A stretch of 64,000 nt of DNA from Gammaproteobacteria bacterium (lineage in GTDB: Bacteria > Pseudomonadota > Gammaproteobacteria > Steroidobacterales > Foliamicaceae). The position numbers and the translations under genes were made by a program. Each line of letters opens with the position of its first letter. Within the stretch, counting starts at the first letter, position 1. Where the stretch lies: positions 1,854,553-1,918,552 of the forward strand of contig OY762933.1 of the NCBI GenBank assembly GCA_963666765.1. The letters run 5' to 3'. A model generated the notes under the pieces. That model searched no databases. It saw nothing but the letters and a program-made list of their open reading frames with translations, and was not told where the DNA came from. Positions 31,689-40,719 of the stretch are shown here, one piece after another.

Positions 31689-32627
31689 CTACTCTTCGAA
31701 TCCGCCCAGCGCGGCGTCCGGGTCCTCCAACACGTCGGGGTGCAGCCGCCGCGTGTAAGTCAGGAAGTCCTCCGGCAGGTCGTCGAGCGATCTGGCCCTG
31801 GCGCCGTGGCCGTTCGAGGACGTGTGGCCCGGAACCTCGCCCATGTGCATCCACGGCCGCCAGCTGGTCATCGCCGAGTAGTTCACCAGGGCGTCAACCC
31901 GGGTCAGGTTCGGATCCAGCACATCGTCAAGCGGCGCGGACCAGATCGTGGATTCCTTGTAGAACATGTTGGGTATGTCGCTGTCGGTGGGCCGAACCCG
32001 GCCGTGTTCCTCGTGGCGCAGAAGCAACGTGCCCTCGCGGACATATTCCCGATGTATGGACTTGGTCATACGGACTGATGCAGCCGGCGAGAAGGCCTCC
32101 TGCGTGGTGCCTTCCTGCGGCTCGAACTCGTGTCTTTCGTCGAGGCTTACGGCATACCGGGTGCGCGTGGGACCGAAGCGGAACGCAGGCACCTCCACTT
32201 CCCTGCCCGTAACCGGCATCACCAAAGTATCCAGCAGTTCCCAAGTCTCGAAATCCGTGTAATGGGTGATTTCCAGGACTACGGACTCGAACAGGTCATC
32301 GGAGACTTGCCGGAAGCGGCTGAAGGCCGCGCTGATGAGTCCGCAAAGCGGTTCGATGCGCCCCTGCGATATGGAAAATCTCTTGGCTCGCAGCCAGCCA
32401 ATCACGAGTTCGGAATCCAGGCTGCCGCGCATCTTGACCAGGGCGCGAAGGAGGTCCGGTTCCCGGTCGAGGTCGAGTTCCCCGGCCGCCGAGGCGCGCA
32501 ACGGAAGCATTCCGGGGCCGAGCATGGCGGCGCCCGCCAGCAGCGATTGGCACAGGCGTCGGCGGGTTGGCGACACGCCCGGCGCCGGTTCGGAATGAGG
32601 TTGAATCGGGAGCTGGATGTGCGACAT
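31689..32627 (-). CDS. Tat-signal protein, DUF1838-like family, paralogue C
   Basis: Leader SPTRRRLCQSLLAGAAMLG and family block HYTDFETWELLDTLVMPVTGREVEVP. GAGGAG lies upstream of the ATG. The gene is 9 nt downstream of the preceding gene. Confidence 0.7.
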   Translation of the reverse strand: MSHIQLPIQPHSEPAPGVSPTRRRLCQSLLAGAAMLGPGMLPLRASAAGELDLDREPDLLRALVKMRGSLDSELVIGWLRAKRFSISQGRIEPLCGLISAAFSRFRQVSDDLFESVVLEITHYTDFETWELLDTLVMPVTGREVEVPAFRFGPTRTRYAVSLDERHEFEPQEGTTQEAFSPAASVRMTKSIHREYVREGTLLLRHEEHGRVRPTDSDIPNMFYKESTIWSAPLDDVLDPNLTRVDALVNYSAMTSWRPWMHMGEVPGHTSSNGHGARARSLDDLPEDFLTYTRRLHPDVLEDPDAALGGFEE

Positions 32628-32636
32628 GGCGTCTCC

Positions 32637-33812
32637 TCAGTCTTCAAGACCGGCCAGGATCAGGTTGGGCAGGGTGGAAGTGAGCCAGTCGGGATGGACA
32701 TAACCCAGGCGGAGAATAACGAGCTCGTCATCCGGAATGACATACATGGTCCGGAAGCCGCCACCTTCCAGGAAGAAGACTCCGTCCGCTTTGATCGGCG
32801 GCCCGTGGGGAGCGGACTGTTCCCTGTCCTGCACGTACAGCCGGATTCCGTCCGGCGGATTGCCCGACCAGATCTGGTAGCCGTAATTCGGATAGACGGC
32901 CGACACGGTGGTCATCTCCTCCACCCAGCCGGCAGGCCAGAGGCGGCGGCCCGCGACACGGCCATCCGCCGCCAGTGCGGCGCCGTAGCGCAGCCAGTCC
33001 CTTGGGGTGGCGCGGTAGCAGCAATAGACCGCCGGCATGCCGCCCGGCCGGTCCATGTACAGCTGTGCGGGACCCGCGCCCAGCGGTGCCCAGAGCCTGC
33101 TGTTGAAGTAGTCCTCGTACGCTTCGCCGGTCGCGCTTTCCAGCACCGCGCCCACAAGCTGGGCATTGGCGTTGGAGAATGCGAAGAACTCGCCCGGCAC
33201 GTTCTCGAGATCGAAGTCCAATGCCGCCGCGCGAAAATCGGAGCCCAGCGATATCCGGGCGTTCTTGCTGTAGGGGTCCGGATCCCCGGCCAGGGGCGGG
33301 TTCTCCAGCCCGCTGAGATTCCGCAGCAACTGGCGCACGGTGATCGCGCCGCGGGCGTCATCCCGCCATTCGGGAAGATAGCGGCCGACCGGATCGTCAA
33401 GCGATTCAATCGCCCCTTCCTGCATTGCAATTGCGACCAGCGGGGGCAGCAGCGACCGGGTCATCGCGCGACCCGTGAACAGCGAGTCGGCCCCGATGTC
33501 CTGCCAGTAGCGTTCAAGCTGGATCACGCCCCGGTGCAGCACCAGCAGCGCAACGCTGTTGTGTTGTTCCGCCCAGCCCGCCGCCGCTTCCAGGGCGCCG
33601 GCATCTATCGTGAGCGCCGCCCCTTCGGCCGTAGGAAAGAACTCCCCCGGACTGCCCGGAACCTCGACCACCGGCTGGTAGTAGCTCGCCGGCCACTCTC
33701 CGGGGTCCTCCGGCAGCGTGTTCCAGCGGTACCAGAAACGCCAGTCAACAGACAGCGCCACCGCCAGCACGACGATGCCAATGGCGAAAGCGACGACGAC
33801 TGCGCGACGCAT
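32637..33812 (-). CDS. Membrane-anchored beta-lactamase-fold protein lacking the SxxK catalytic motif (paralogue of the N-terminal half of 13506..15704)
   Basis: It aligns by eye with 13506..15704 (…GAIES…, …ITxxxLLxxxSGLE). The SLHK position reads A-M-T-R (gcg atg acc cgg, 33456-33467). Confidence 0.7.
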   Translation of the reverse strand: MRRAVVVAFAIGIVVLAVALSVDWRFWYRWNTLPEDPGEWPASYYQPVVEVPGSPGEFFPTAEGAALTIDAGALEAAAGWAEQHNSVALLVLHRGVIQLERYWQDIGADSLFTGRAMTRSLLPPLVAIAMQEGAIESLDDPVGRYLPEWRDDARGAITVRQLLRNLSGLENPPLAGDPDPYSKNARISLGSDFRAAALDFDLENVPGEFFAFSNANAQLVGAVLESATGEAYEDYFNSRLWAPLGAGPAQLYMDRPGGMPAVYCCYRATPRDWLRYGAALAADGRVAGRRLWPAGWVEEMTTVSAVYPNYGYQIWSGNPPDGIRLYVQDREQSAPHGPPIKADGVFFLEGGGFRTMYVIPDDELVILRLGYVHPDWLTSTLPNLILAGLED

Positions 33813-33833
33813 GAGGTCCGGCCCCGACCGTCT

Positions 33834-36167
33834 CTACAGTCCGTATGTCAGCGTCAGGCCCAGCGTCTGCTTGTCGGCGAAAATCGGCACGTACGACGTG
33901 CCAAAACCCGTAGCTATGAAGAACGCACTGGTCGCATATTCTTCGTCCAACAGGTTTCTCGACCAAAGCGCCGCGCTCCACGATCCGTTGCTGACCTGAA
34001 ACCGTGCATGCACCACCGTGCGGTCCGGCAGCCAGGCGAGATTCATCTCATCCATGTACTGCTTGGTCTGGTGAATCACGTCGCCGCGCAGAAACCAGTC
34101 CCAGCCCGTCGGCAACGCCCCGCTGAAGGTGGCCCCAACGTTGAGCTGAAACGGCGGCTGGCGCTGGATATCGTTGCCGCCGATCGACCCGTCGCTGGGA
34201 CAGGCGACGCCATCGCAGGCGCCCAGCGAACCGATACGGCCGCTCACGGCACCGCTCTCGTATTCCGCATTGGAAAACGAGACCGCATAGTCCAGGGTGA
34301 AGTTGTCCGTCGCGGCCCAGGCGCCGTCAAGTTCGATTCCCCAGATTTTTGCGCCGCCGGTATTGCCCACGATAGCGGGCGCCAGGACGCCCTGTGGGAG
34401 ATCCGTAGGCGAGGTGTTGATCTGCAGATTGGTCCAGTCCGTGTAATAAACGGCCACGTTGGCCAGCCAGCGGCCGTCCATCAGCGTATTCTTGCTGCCG
34501 ACTTCGAAAGTCCAGTTCTCGTCCGGTTCGAAGCTGCGCTGCGCTTCATCGAAGACCGTATTGTTGAACCCGCCGGACTTGGCGCCCTTGGCGAGACTGG
34601 CATAGACCATCCGGTCCTCGCTCATGCGGTAATCCACCGTAAAACGGGGCGTGAACGGCGACCAGCTGTCCTCGAATTTGGGGCTGTCTGCGAGCCTCGT
34701 ATTGGAATCCAGGAATTTGTCCTCGTCGGTGATTCGGGCTTCCGCTCCCACGCGCCAGAGGCCGTCAGAAGACTCCCAGCCGATACGGCCGAATATCGCG
34801 TCCGTATCCACAGTGGTCCGGGCCCGGGTAAGCGCCAGCGCGGCGATGCCGCTGATGCCGTCGTTCGGATCGACGTCGAAGGGCTCGGTGCCGTTCAAGG
34901 GCGCGAACGCAAAGTCGAACAAGTCGAAGTCCTTGATTTCCGATTGGAAGGCGCCCAGCGATGCGGACCACGAGCCCTGTTCGAAATCGATCCGGATTTC
35001 GTGGGACGTGTACTCGCTCGTTCCCGCCGGCGTAACGTTCACGTAGTTCACCGGCGAGGCGGGATTGAAAAAGTTGAACGAGCCAAGCGCCGGATCGCGA
35101 TCGCCGGCGCCGGCCGCGATCACCTCCGAATCCACGCTCCCGAACTGGTAGGCGATGCGCCAGTTCTCGTTAAGGTCGACCACCACGCCGGCGTGGATGA
35201 AGTCGGACTCCACATCCAGCAGATAGCCGCGAGGATCGGAAGTCGCCTTCGTTTCCGGCGGGCTGCCGCCCGGCAATGGCGAGAACGTGGTGGGCAGTTC
35301 GCCGCAATAGAAGCGATCCGCCGCCCCACCGAAGAAGGTCCGCGAACAGTTGGTATCACCCGGCGCCTCGATGCGAACGCTCCCCTTCGTTTCCTGGAAG
35401 CGCTCCACGCTGTAGTAATCCAGATCCACCGCTACCTGCTCCGTCGGGCGGAACTCGACGTTCAGGCCCAGCGTCAGGTTGTCCCAGCCGCCCAGGTTGC
35501 CAACTGTCCCGCGATCGCTGTAGCCCGCGGAATTGGGATGCTCGTTGGCCCAGGTGCCGTCGAACTCGCTGTCGCTCACGAGCAGGCGCAGGCCGAGCAC
35601 ATCGGCGATGATGGGCCCGCCGACCTCGCCGTAAAGGTCCAGGCGTTCATCCGTGCCTGCGGTGACCTGAACCGACCCGCTCAACTCCTCGCCCGGTCCT
35701 CCACTGACGTAATTGACGGCCCCCAGGAAGGCATTGCGCCCGAACAGCGCGCTTTGGGGCCCCTTCACCACCTCGATCCGCTCGAATCCGCCGACGCCAA
35801 GGTCCACCATGTACTGGCGCGGAAGATAGATTCCGTCCAGGTAGATCGACGTGGTGTGGTCCAGGTCCTGGATGCGCATCTGGGCGCCGCCGCGAATCAC
35901 CGCGACCCCGTAACCGCCGCCAAAATCTTCATAAGCAAAACCGGACGTCGCGTGGGCGACGTCCTCCAGTTCGCGCATGCTGCGGCGGGCGATCTCTTCG
36001 GCCGAGAACGCCGTGATCGCGAGCGGCACTTCCTGCAGCCGCTCCTCCGCCTTGCGCGCGGTCACGATGATCTCCTCGAAGACCTCCGCCTCGTCGCCGG
36101 TCTGGGCCGCCAGGGTTGTTGCAAGCAGGACCAGAGCAGCCCCCGTAAGTTTTTGTGTGCAAGACAT
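33834..36167 (-). CDS. TonB-dependent outer-membrane receptor (TBDR2)
   Basis: Signal peptide followed by FEEIIVTARKAEERLQEVPLAITAF, and FERIEVVKGPQSALFGR. The ATG at 36167 follows AGAGGG. Confidence 0.9.
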   Translation of the reverse strand: MSCTQKLTGAALVLLATTLAAQTGDEAEVFEEIIVTARKAEERLQEVPLAITAFSAEEIARRSMRELEDVAHATSGFAYEDFGGGYGVAVIRGGAQMRIQDLDHTTSIYLDGIYLPRQYMVDLGVGGFERIEVVKGPQSALFGRNAFLGAVNYVSGGPGEELSGSVQVTAGTDERLDLYGEVGGPIIADVLGLRLLVSDSEFDGTWANEHPNSAGYSDRGTVGNLGGWDNLTLGLNVEFRPTEQVAVDLDYYSVERFQETKGSVRIEAPGDTNCSRTFFGGAADRFYCGELPTTFSPLPGGSPPETKATSDPRGYLLDVESDFIHAGVVVDLNENWRIAYQFGSVDSEVIAAGAGDRDPALGSFNFFNPASPVNYVNVTPAGTSEYTSHEIRIDFEQGSWSASLGAFQSEIKDFDLFDFAFAPLNGTEPFDVDPNDGISGIAALALTRARTTVDTDAIFGRIGWESSDGLWRVGAEARITDEDKFLDSNTRLADSPKFEDSWSPFTPRFTVDYRMSEDRMVYASLAKGAKSGGFNNTVFDEAQRSFEPDENWTFEVGSKNTLMDGRWLANVAVYYTDWTNLQINTSPTDLPQGVLAPAIVGNTGGAKIWGIELDGAWAATDNFTLDYAVSFSNAEYESGAVSGRIGSLGACDGVACPSDGSIGGNDIQRQPPFQLNVGATFSGALPTGWDWFLRGDVIHQTKQYMDEMNLAWLPDRTVVHARFQVSNGSWSAALWSRNLLDEEYATSAFFIATGFGTSYVPIFADKQTLGLTLTYGL

Positions 36168-36319
36168 ACAACCCTCTCTAAGAACAGCAGCCACCTGTCC
36201 GAAGCTAACGGAACCTGCACGGCGACGCAAATCCGCATACACAGCGCGCATAGCGGCATGCCTGGGCGTGATCGCGAACCGGGAGCGCCGGCACCCTTCG
36301 CTCGCTGGCAGCTGCCGGG

Positions 36320-37249
36320 CTAATGCGACTTGATTGTGAGTGTTTGCTCCGCGAAGCGCCGCAGATCGGCGTTGAAGCGTTCCGGCTGCTCGATAAACAC
36401 CGAGTGCCCGGCCCCTTCGTACACGGTAAGGCTCATGTTCTCGTGACTTGCAGCGAGTTCAGCCCCGTCGTCGAGCTGATAAGGATTGTCCTTCTCTCCC
36501 AGGCAAAACAGCACCGGCAGGGACAGTTGCCCGACCATGTCCTGGTTATCGAGCCGGCGGTGCGCCATGGCGCGCCGGACATAGGGCGGCAGCATCAGGC
36601 CGATGGCCCGAAACAACTGGAGCTCTTGTTCGGGCAGGGGTGATGCCGTAAGCAGGGGGATCACCCGCTCGCCGGCGCGAATATAGTCGATCAGGTCCGG
36701 GCTGCTCTGCAGTTCGCGGATTTTCGCAAACTCCTCGGCGTCGGGGTCGTCGTCCCCCGAGGGCATCCGGAAGGGCCTCAGGGCGCCCTGGCCGCCGGTC
36801 AGAATGATTCCCGCGATGCCGCTGTCGCCGAACTCGCGGATATAGTCCATCGCGACCATCGTGCCGTACGACCAGGCGACCACCACCGGCCGGTCCAGCC
36901 CGGTCGCCGCGATCACGGCGGCGACGTCCCGGGCCCAAACCGCGGACTCGCTGTAGGACTCCGTAGTCCACGGCTTGCCGGACGCCCCATGCCCCCTGAG
37001 GTCGAAGGACACGAGGTAATAATCATCAGCGAGATTCGAATCCATTTGCCGGACGAAACTGTAGTGGCTTTGACCGAAGCCATGGATAAGCAGGATCGCG
37101 GGCGAGGCCGGGTCCCCGGCCGTGACGACGTTAAGAGGCACGCCGTCCGCGCCTTCCACCGTTCGGTAGTCCCAGTCCGCCAGCGAGTACTGCGGCAGCA
37201 GCACCGCAAACAGCAGCGCAACAAGAGGCAAGAGCCTTCGCAAATTCAT
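36320..37249 (-). CDS. Secreted alpha/beta-hydrolase (ABH1)
   Basis: Sec signal LLPLVALLFAVLLPQYSLA, an oxyanion region LLIHGFGQS, and a nucleophile elbow VAWSYGT. Confidence 0.8.
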   Translation of the reverse strand: MNLRRLLPLVALLFAVLLPQYSLADWDYRTVEGADGVPLNVVTAGDPASPAILLIHGFGQSHYSFVRQMDSNLADDYYLVSFDLRGHGASGKPWTTESYSESAVWARDVAAVIAATGLDRPVVVAWSYGTMVAMDYIREFGDSGIAGIILTGGQGALRPFRMPSGDDDPDAEEFAKIRELQSSPDLIDYIRAGERVIPLLTASPLPEQELQLFRAIGLMLPPYVRRAMAHRRLDNQDMVGQLSLPVLFCLGEKDNPYQLDDGAELAASHENMSLTVYEGAGHSVFIEQPERFNADLRRFAEQTLTIKSH

Positions 37250-38061
37250 AGGTTGTCCTCCTCAAGGAATTCCGGATCCAGCGTTCGCAACTCGGCCTGA
37301 ATGGCCTGCGGATAATCGCCCGGACCGGCCAGCTTGGCGCCGGCCGCATGCCACCAGAGCGAACCCGGCCGCTGCATGCGCATCCACTCGCGCCAGTGCT
37401 CGACCGCGGTGAAACTCAGCCGGCACGGGACCCGGGTCGCCATGGGATCGGCCAGTTGCCCAGCATCTCCGGAAAAGATCATAAGGTCGGTATCCGGCTG
37501 CAACGCGCGCGCCACCGGGCTTGCGATGCGGTCCGTCAGGTGCACGACGTCGCCCAGCATGAACCACGGACGGATTGCGCGTGGCGGCGTGCCGGGTTCG
37601 TCTTCCACGGGCGCCATGCCATCAGTGAGCAACCGCGCGGCCGATGGTCCGTAACGCGTGACCGGCGGCTCGCAAAGCCTGTCGTTATACGGATTCAGCC
37701 AGTTCTTGAGCGGCTGTTCCGTTTCCCAATCCAGCAGGATGCCCACGTAGCGGGTTTCCAGGAGAAATTCCAGCGCGGACACCCGCGTATAGCGGCTGCG
37801 CTGCGCGCCGATCAGCTTGAACAGCGGCCGTGGCGCCTCTTCGGACACCAGCCCGTACACGTCGCCCCGGACAATGTCGTAGACCGGCCCGCCGGCCAGG
37901 TCGCCACGCAACTTGACGTAAGCCGTGAGGTTGCTCTCGGGGTCGTCGAGCCCGAGTTCGGTTTCGGGGACGCCGGAATTCTTCGCCCACGCGTGACGCT
38001 CCACGCCGATCCCCAGAGAGCCGATGCCGGCAAGCGCTGCGCGGCGTGTCATTTCTGCCAT
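37246..38061 (-). CDS. Tat-signal protein, DUF1838-like family, paralogue D
   Basis: The ATG at 38061 lies 9 nt after GGAGGA. Leader MAEMTRRAALAGIGSLGIG and family block ILLDWETEQPLKNWLNPYNDRLCEPP. ATGA overlap with ABH1. Confidence 0.65.
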   Translation of the reverse strand: MAEMTRRAALAGIGSLGIGVERHAWAKNSGVPETELGLDDPESNLTAYVKLRGDLAGGPVYDIVRGDVYGLVSEEAPRPLFKLIGAQRSRYTRVSALEFLLETRYVGILLDWETEQPLKNWLNPYNDRLCEPPVTRYGPSAARLLTDGMAPVEDEPGTPPRAIRPWFMLGDVVHLTDRIASPVARALQPDTDLMIFSGDAGQLADPMATRVPCRLSFTAVEHWREWMRMQRPGSLWWHAAGAKLAGPGDYPQAIQAELRTLDPEFLEEDNL

Positions 38062-38220
38062 TATCCGGTTTCCTCCAGCGAGGCGAGGCGCCAGTCCTGG
38101 CAATCGAGGCGCAGTGCAGCGTTCGGCCAACCGTTGATCCGGTCGATCCTGAAGTCGTCGCGGCGCGCTGAAGGTGAGTGTGAAAGAGACGTTCCCTTCC
38201 GCACCTCCATTGCTCTGATT

Positions 38221-40623
38221 CTAAAAGCTCGCGGCCAGCGTCAGGCCGTACGTGCGCGGCTCGGGCAACGTCAGCTGGTAACCCAGCGTACCGGTCAGGA
38301 AACTGCCCGTGGTGCGCTGCGATGAAAGCACGGAGTCGTCATCGGTCACGTTTTCGACCCACAAGGTAACGCTGTAGCGATCGTTGCGCCAGCCACCGCG
38401 AAGATTGTGCAGCACCGCCTCCTCTGTCTTGGCAAGGTTGATCACCCAGGTCCAGGTTGACGACTGATACCAGGCATCCCAGCGGGCGAACCACTCGCCG
38501 TCGCCAGTCCAGATGTTCTCGGCGGGCATATTGAAGTCCAGAGCAAATGTCGCGGCATGATCCGGCGAGCGGGCCACCTCCAGGCCACTTGCATCAGCGC
38601 TGCCATAGACCCGTCTGTTCTGGTTATCCTGATAAACCTTGATTTCGCTGCTGTTGTGGTTGTAGGACGCGGTGCCGCGCCAGTTCTCGCTGAACGCCCA
38701 GCTTGCCGCCAGCTCAAACCCCCAGATGTCGGTGCTGCCGTTACTGTCGTAATCGACCTGTGCGCCGAGCCGGTCCGACCCCTGAATGAAACGGCCGTCA
38801 CCGTTGCTGTCCACGTCTCTGGTGAAGCCCCTGAAGCGCTGGTTTCTCCATTGCATGACATAGACCGCCCCGTTGACGTAGCCCCTGCCGCCGGCGAGGG
38901 TGTGCTTGCCGCCGAACTCGAAGGAGTCAAGCTCGGCCTGCAGGACCTCGTAGCCGATCCCTTCCGACGCGTTGAACGCCGGGAACGCGACCGTGGGCTC
39001 CAACTGGATGACCTCGGGATTGAAGCCGCCCGGATTGTTGCCCTTCGAATAGCTTGCATAAAGCAGGGTGTTGTCAGTCAACTTGTAGTCAACGATGACC
39101 CGCGGCAGCTCCGCCTCGAAATCGGCGGCCAGGTCGACCTCGGCCCCGCCGAAGGGCTGCGCCGTACCGATGGGATCGTTCGGATCGAGCGGCATGGCCT
39201 CCTGTATCACGGAGGAGGCGTTCGCAAGCTCTTCCTCTTCATAACGGAATTCAAGGCTGACTGTCAGCTGCTCGGTAATGTCATAAGCCACGCTGGCGAA
39301 TATCGCCTGGTTTTCGACGTTCTGGGCAATGACTGGAGTAGGAGAGAAAAGGCCGCGGCCGCCTCTTCCGCTGATCGCGCCGATGGTCGGGTCGAAGCAG
39401 AAGGGTCCACCGCCAGGGCAGGGGAAGGCGGTTAATCCTTCTTTGCCGTACGTCAGGTCGAGATAGTAGGCGCCCACCATCCAGCGCAGCCTTTTGTCCT
39501 GGGGCGAGGTCAGGCGCACTTCCTGGGACCACGACTCGTCCTTCCATCCCACGTAGACCTGAAGCTCGTCCGTGAGGAGTTCGCGCAATTCCGCCGTGTC
39601 CTCGCGGTACTGACCCGTCACTGAGCTCAACGTGTAGCCGCCGATGTCCCAGTCAATATTCAGGCTGGTGAGTTCGGTTGTGCGATCAAGTCCCATGTTG
39701 TCCTTGTAGACCGTATCCTCCACAGGCGACGTGTCGATGGCGATGCCGTTGGAGATCAGGCCTCGGCTCAGCGTTCCGCAGTAGTAATTGCTGGTCCCCA
39801 TAACACCGTTGGTGGTGAACGGCCCGCAATTGTTGTTCTCGCCCTTGACCAGAAACTGAACCGCCAGCCCGTCGTCGTCCTCGGTTCGCACATGACGCAG
39901 CTTGATGGAGAGGTCTTCCGTCGGCGTGGCGTAGAGAGTCACGCTGCCGGCGTTCGTCTGCTGGGAGCCCAGATCACCGCCGGTGGGGTGCTCGTTTTTC
40001 CAGGCCCCGTCGTAAGTGTAAAACCGGCCGGACGCCCGGAAGTACAGTCGGTCTTCAACGATCGGACCCTCGGCGCTGACCCACACGTCCGCGCGGCCGC
40101 TGTCGCCCAGGATCAGGTTGATGTCGCCGTTGAAGTCATCGCCCGGCGTCCTGCTGATGAAATTGATCGCACCGCCGAAGGTGGCCCGGCCGAAAAAGGC
40201 GCTTTGCGGGCCTTTCACGACCTCCACGCGCTCGATGTCGTTCATGGAAAGCCACTGGCTGGTTCCCGGCAGATAGACGCCGTCCACGAAGGCGGATGAT
40301 GTCTGCGAGCTGCGCACGCTCGAAGGGGGGTCGATGGCGCGAAACCGGATCGCCGGATTGTTGCGGTTTCCGGTGTGGTTGCTCATGTGCACGCCCGGAA
40401 CGAACTGAAGCATGTCTTCGACATCGGTGATCTGCTGCTCCCTGAGCTGCTCGGAGCTGAAAGCCGCGACGCTCAGCGGGATGTCCTGAATCGACTCGTC
40501 GCGCTTGCGCGCTGTCACCACGATTTCTTCAAGCGCAAGATCTTGCGCCATGACTGCCATATCGGCAGCGAACAGACTCATTACGGCGGCGCCTATCAAC
40601 AGGCGATTGTGCAGACTACGCAT
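38221..40623 (-). CDS. TonB-dependent outer-membrane receptor (TBDR3)
   Basis: Signal peptide followed by LEEIVVTARKRDESIQDIPLSVAAF, and IERVEVVKGPQSAFFGR. It ends in an aromatic residue (..LAASF). The ATG at 40623 follows GGGAGGGG. Confidence 0.9.
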   Translation of the reverse strand: MRSLHNRLLIGAAVMSLFAADMAVMAQDLALEEIVVTARKRDESIQDIPLSVAAFSSEQLREQQITDVEDMLQFVPGVHMSNHTGNRNNPAIRFRAIDPPSSVRSSQTSSAFVDGVYLPGTSQWLSMNDIERVEVVKGPQSAFFGRATFGGAINFISRTPGDDFNGDINLILGDSGRADVWVSAEGPIVEDRLYFRASGRFYTYDGAWKNEHPTGGDLGSQQTNAGSVTLYATPTEDLSIKLRHVRTEDDDGLAVQFLVKGENNNCGPFTTNGVMGTSNYYCGTLSRGLISNGIAIDTSPVEDTVYKDNMGLDRTTELTSLNIDWDIGGYTLSSVTGQYREDTAELRELLTDELQVYVGWKDESWSQEVRLTSPQDKRLRWMVGAYYLDLTYGKEGLTAFPCPGGGPFCFDPTIGAISGRGGRGLFSPTPVIAQNVENQAIFASVAYDITEQLTVSLEFRYEEEELANASSVIQEAMPLDPNDPIGTAQPFGGAEVDLAADFEAELPRVIVDYKLTDNTLLYASYSKGNNPGGFNPEVIQLEPTVAFPAFNASEGIGYEVLQAELDSFEFGGKHTLAGGRGYVNGAVYVMQWRNQRFRGFTRDVDSNGDGRFIQGSDRLGAQVDYDSNGSTDIWGFELAASWAFSENWRGTASYNHNSSEIKVYQDNQNRRVYGSADASGLEVARSPDHAATFALDFNMPAENIWTGDGEWFARWDAWYQSSTWTWVINLAKTEEAVLHNLRGGWRNDRYSVTLWVENVTDDDSVLSSQRTTGSFLTGTLGYQLTLPEPRTYGLTLAASF

Positions 40624-40691
40624 GGTGTCCCCTCCCAACTAGTCTTGATGATGCTTGTTCAGCGGCCAATGCCGCGGACCAAGCCTCACTA

Positions 40692-40708
40692 TGTTAACGG
40701 CTGTTAAC
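40692..40708. promoter_or_regulatory. Direct repeat TGTTAAC x2 (10-bp offset) in an AT-richer gap upstream of TBDR3
   Basis: The sequence is atgttaacggctgttaacca. It lies 69-85 nt upstream of the TBDR3 ATG and just after the hydrolase stop. Confidence 0.25.
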
Positions 40709-40719
40709 CACAAATTTGA

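Noticed and set aside
32130-36323. A 1397-aa ORF on the plus strand spanning 4.2 kb
   Set aside because: It runs antisense to three well-supported minus-strand genes: DUF1838-like paralogue C, the beta-lactamase-fold protein and TBDR2. Its sequence is Arg/Ala/Gly/Pro-rich and low in information, and I see no RBS. Stop-free antisense frames are expected with this GC3 bias.
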